From: Candidatus Staskawiczbacteria bacterium
Lineage (GTDB): Bacteria > Patescibacteriota > Minisyncoccia > Minisyncoccales > Staskawiczbacteraceae
DNA length: 64,000 nt
Assembly (NCBI GenBank): GCA_026395215.1
Contig: JAPLZC010000009.1
Span: forward strand, 8,711 to 72,710
Direction: 5' to 3'
The notes under the pieces were generated by a model, which worked only from the letters and a program-made list of their open reading frames with translations, searched no databases and had not been told where the DNA came from. The position numbers were made by a program, and so were the translations under genes. Shown here one piece after another: positions 62,714 through 64,000 of the stretch; within the stretch, counting starts at the first letter, position 1, and each line of letters opens with the position of its first letter.

Positions 62714-63793
62714 ATGAAGAAACATATTGATAAAGTAGTTAGTCATTTGAAGAAAATGAAATTGCCTGAGTTTTTAAAGAAAATAAATAGAAATACCATT
62801 TTTGTTGGCGTAGCGGTAATTGCTGTTGTAATAATAGGTGTTTTATTTTTCAACAAATCAAATATTAGCTTTGAAATTCCAAGCATATTTGGAAAATCAG
62901 ACAGTCAAATTGGTAAGTTGGCGGTAGATTATATAAATAATAATCAACTTTCACAAACCCCGGCCACATTGGTAAGTACTTCTGAGGCCTCTGGGTTAGT
63001 TAAAATAAAAATAAAAATAGGCACGCAGGAATTTGATTCATACGCCTCAAAAGACGGGAAATTTTTATTTCCTCAGGCATTTGATATGACTCCCAAAAAA
63101 GATGTAGCAGCTGCACCAGCAGAAAACAACCCAGCACCAGAACAAAATAATGAGCCTGTAGTAAAAAATGATAAGCCAATGTTGGAAGCCTTTGTAGTTG
63201 CCCGATGTCCTTATGGAATTCAAATGCAAAGAGCCATGGCTGATGCAGTAAGTAATAGCCCTTCATTGGCTCAATACATAAAAGCTAGATATATTGGTTC
63301 TGTTTCCGGTAATACAATAACGGCTATGCATGGAGAAGCAGAAGCTGCAGAAAACCTAAGACAGATTTGTATTAGAGAAGAACAAGCAAGTAAATATTGG
63401 GCATACGTAGGTTGCCAAATGAAAGCATCGGGGACAGAAGTAAGTTGCGCACAATCAACTGGTATAGATTCTGCTAAATTGAGCGCTTGTATTTCCAGCC
63501 CACAAAGAGGAGTAGCCTACGCTAAAGAAGATTTTGATTTAGCTGCTAAATACGGTGTACAAGGTTCGCCAACTTTAATTTTAAATGGAGCTACAATTTC
63601 AGAGAATGGATTTGGTGGCAGGTCTTCAGATGGAGTTAGAGCTATGGCTTGCTCGGGTTTTAATTCTCCAGCCAGCTTTTGTTCTACCAAGTTAAATACA
63701 GCAGCCGCCGCAGTTTCTTTTTCGGCAACCTATAGTGCTGCCAGTGGTTCGGGAACAGCAGCAGCTGGGGCAGGATGCCAAGCAGCTCAGTAA
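62714..63793 (+). CDS. Membrane-anchored thioredoxin-fold/DsbA-like protein with an Ala/Gly/Ser-rich tail
   Basis: N-terminal TM. VVARCPYGIQ and GSPTLILNG resemble the DsbA-like fold. Only one Cys in the CxxC position. Confidence 0.45.
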   Translation: MKKHIDKVVSHLKKMKLPEFLKKINRNTIFVGVAVIAVVIIGVLFFNKSNISFEIPSIFGKSDSQIGKLAVDYINNNQLSQTPATLVSTSEASGLVKIKIKIGTQEFDSYASKDGKFLFPQAFDMTPKKDVAAAPAENNPAPEQNNEPVVKNDKPMLEAFVVARCPYGIQMQRAMADAVSNSPSLAQYIKARYIGSVSGNTITAMHGEAEAAENLRQICIREEQASKYWAYVGCQMKASGTEVSCAQSTGIDSAKLSACISSPQRGVAYAKEDFDLAAKYGVQGSPTLILNGATISENGFGGRSSDGVRAMACSGFNSPASFCSTKLNTAAAAVSFSATYSAASGSGTAAAGAGCQAAQ

Positions 63794-63808
63794 CTTATAT
63801 TAAAATCT

Positions 63809-64000
63809 ATGATAAAAATATATTCCACACCGACGTGTGTGTACTGTAAAACATTAAAAGGATATTTCAAGAAGAATGCAATTGAGTTTGAGGATATTGA
63901 TATCTCAAAAGACGAACAGCAGCTTCAAAAAATGATTAAAGATTCTGGGCAAATGGGAGTGCCGGTAGTTGATATAGACGGAGAGGTTATAACCGGTTTT
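63809..64000 (+). CDS. Glutaredoxin/NrdH-like small redoxin (3' end outside window)
   Basis: IYSTPTCVYCKTLKGYF, GVPVVDIDGEVITGF. Open to the window edge. Confidence 0.8.
   Translation, partial: MIKIYSTPTCVYCKTLKGYFKKNAIEFEDIDISKDEQQLQKMIKDSGQMGVPVVDIDGEVITGF

Overview
AT-rich, gene-dense bacterial chromosome segment. It looks like a reduced-genome Patescibacteria/CPR-type organism. That is an inference from three things: no L30 gene between rpsE and rplO, many ribosomal proteins with Lys/Gly-rich extensions, and shortened AlaRS and ProRS. The backbone is the str-S10-spc-alpha ribosomal superoperon: rpsL-rpsG-fusA ... tuf-rpsJ-rplC...rplO-secY-adk-map ... infA-rpmJ-rpsM-rpsK-rpsD-rpoA-rplQ-rplM-rpsI. 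After it come cell-envelope, division and translation genes (murA, two mreB paralogs, holB, frr, rseP, proS, gatCA, tRNA-Ile, ftsZ, galU, trxB) and glycolysis genes (tpiA, eno, gpmI).

Four unusual layers sit on this backbone:
1. Four visibly G+C-richer islands. Three are made of self-contained promoter-leader-gene-terminator cassettes. They encode purL; an S26 mini-peptidase with a purM-like gene; and pyrD, pyrF and an OPRT-like PRTase. The fourth is an opposite-strand operon of five translationally coupled micro-ORFs that splits fusA from tuf.
2. Nucleotide-level repeat elements lie in-frame inside essential genes. A roughly 70-nt element is shared by ftsZ and trxB in different reading frames. 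GC-rich CCTGCC...GGCAGG palindromes occur in eno, ftsZ, gatA and rseP.
3. Several families of structured intergenic repeats fill spacers inside the ribosomal operons.
4. Two promoter-to-terminator units have no ORF and look like structured ncRNAs of unknown family.

All calls come from reading the sequence and the ORF track. No database search was possible.
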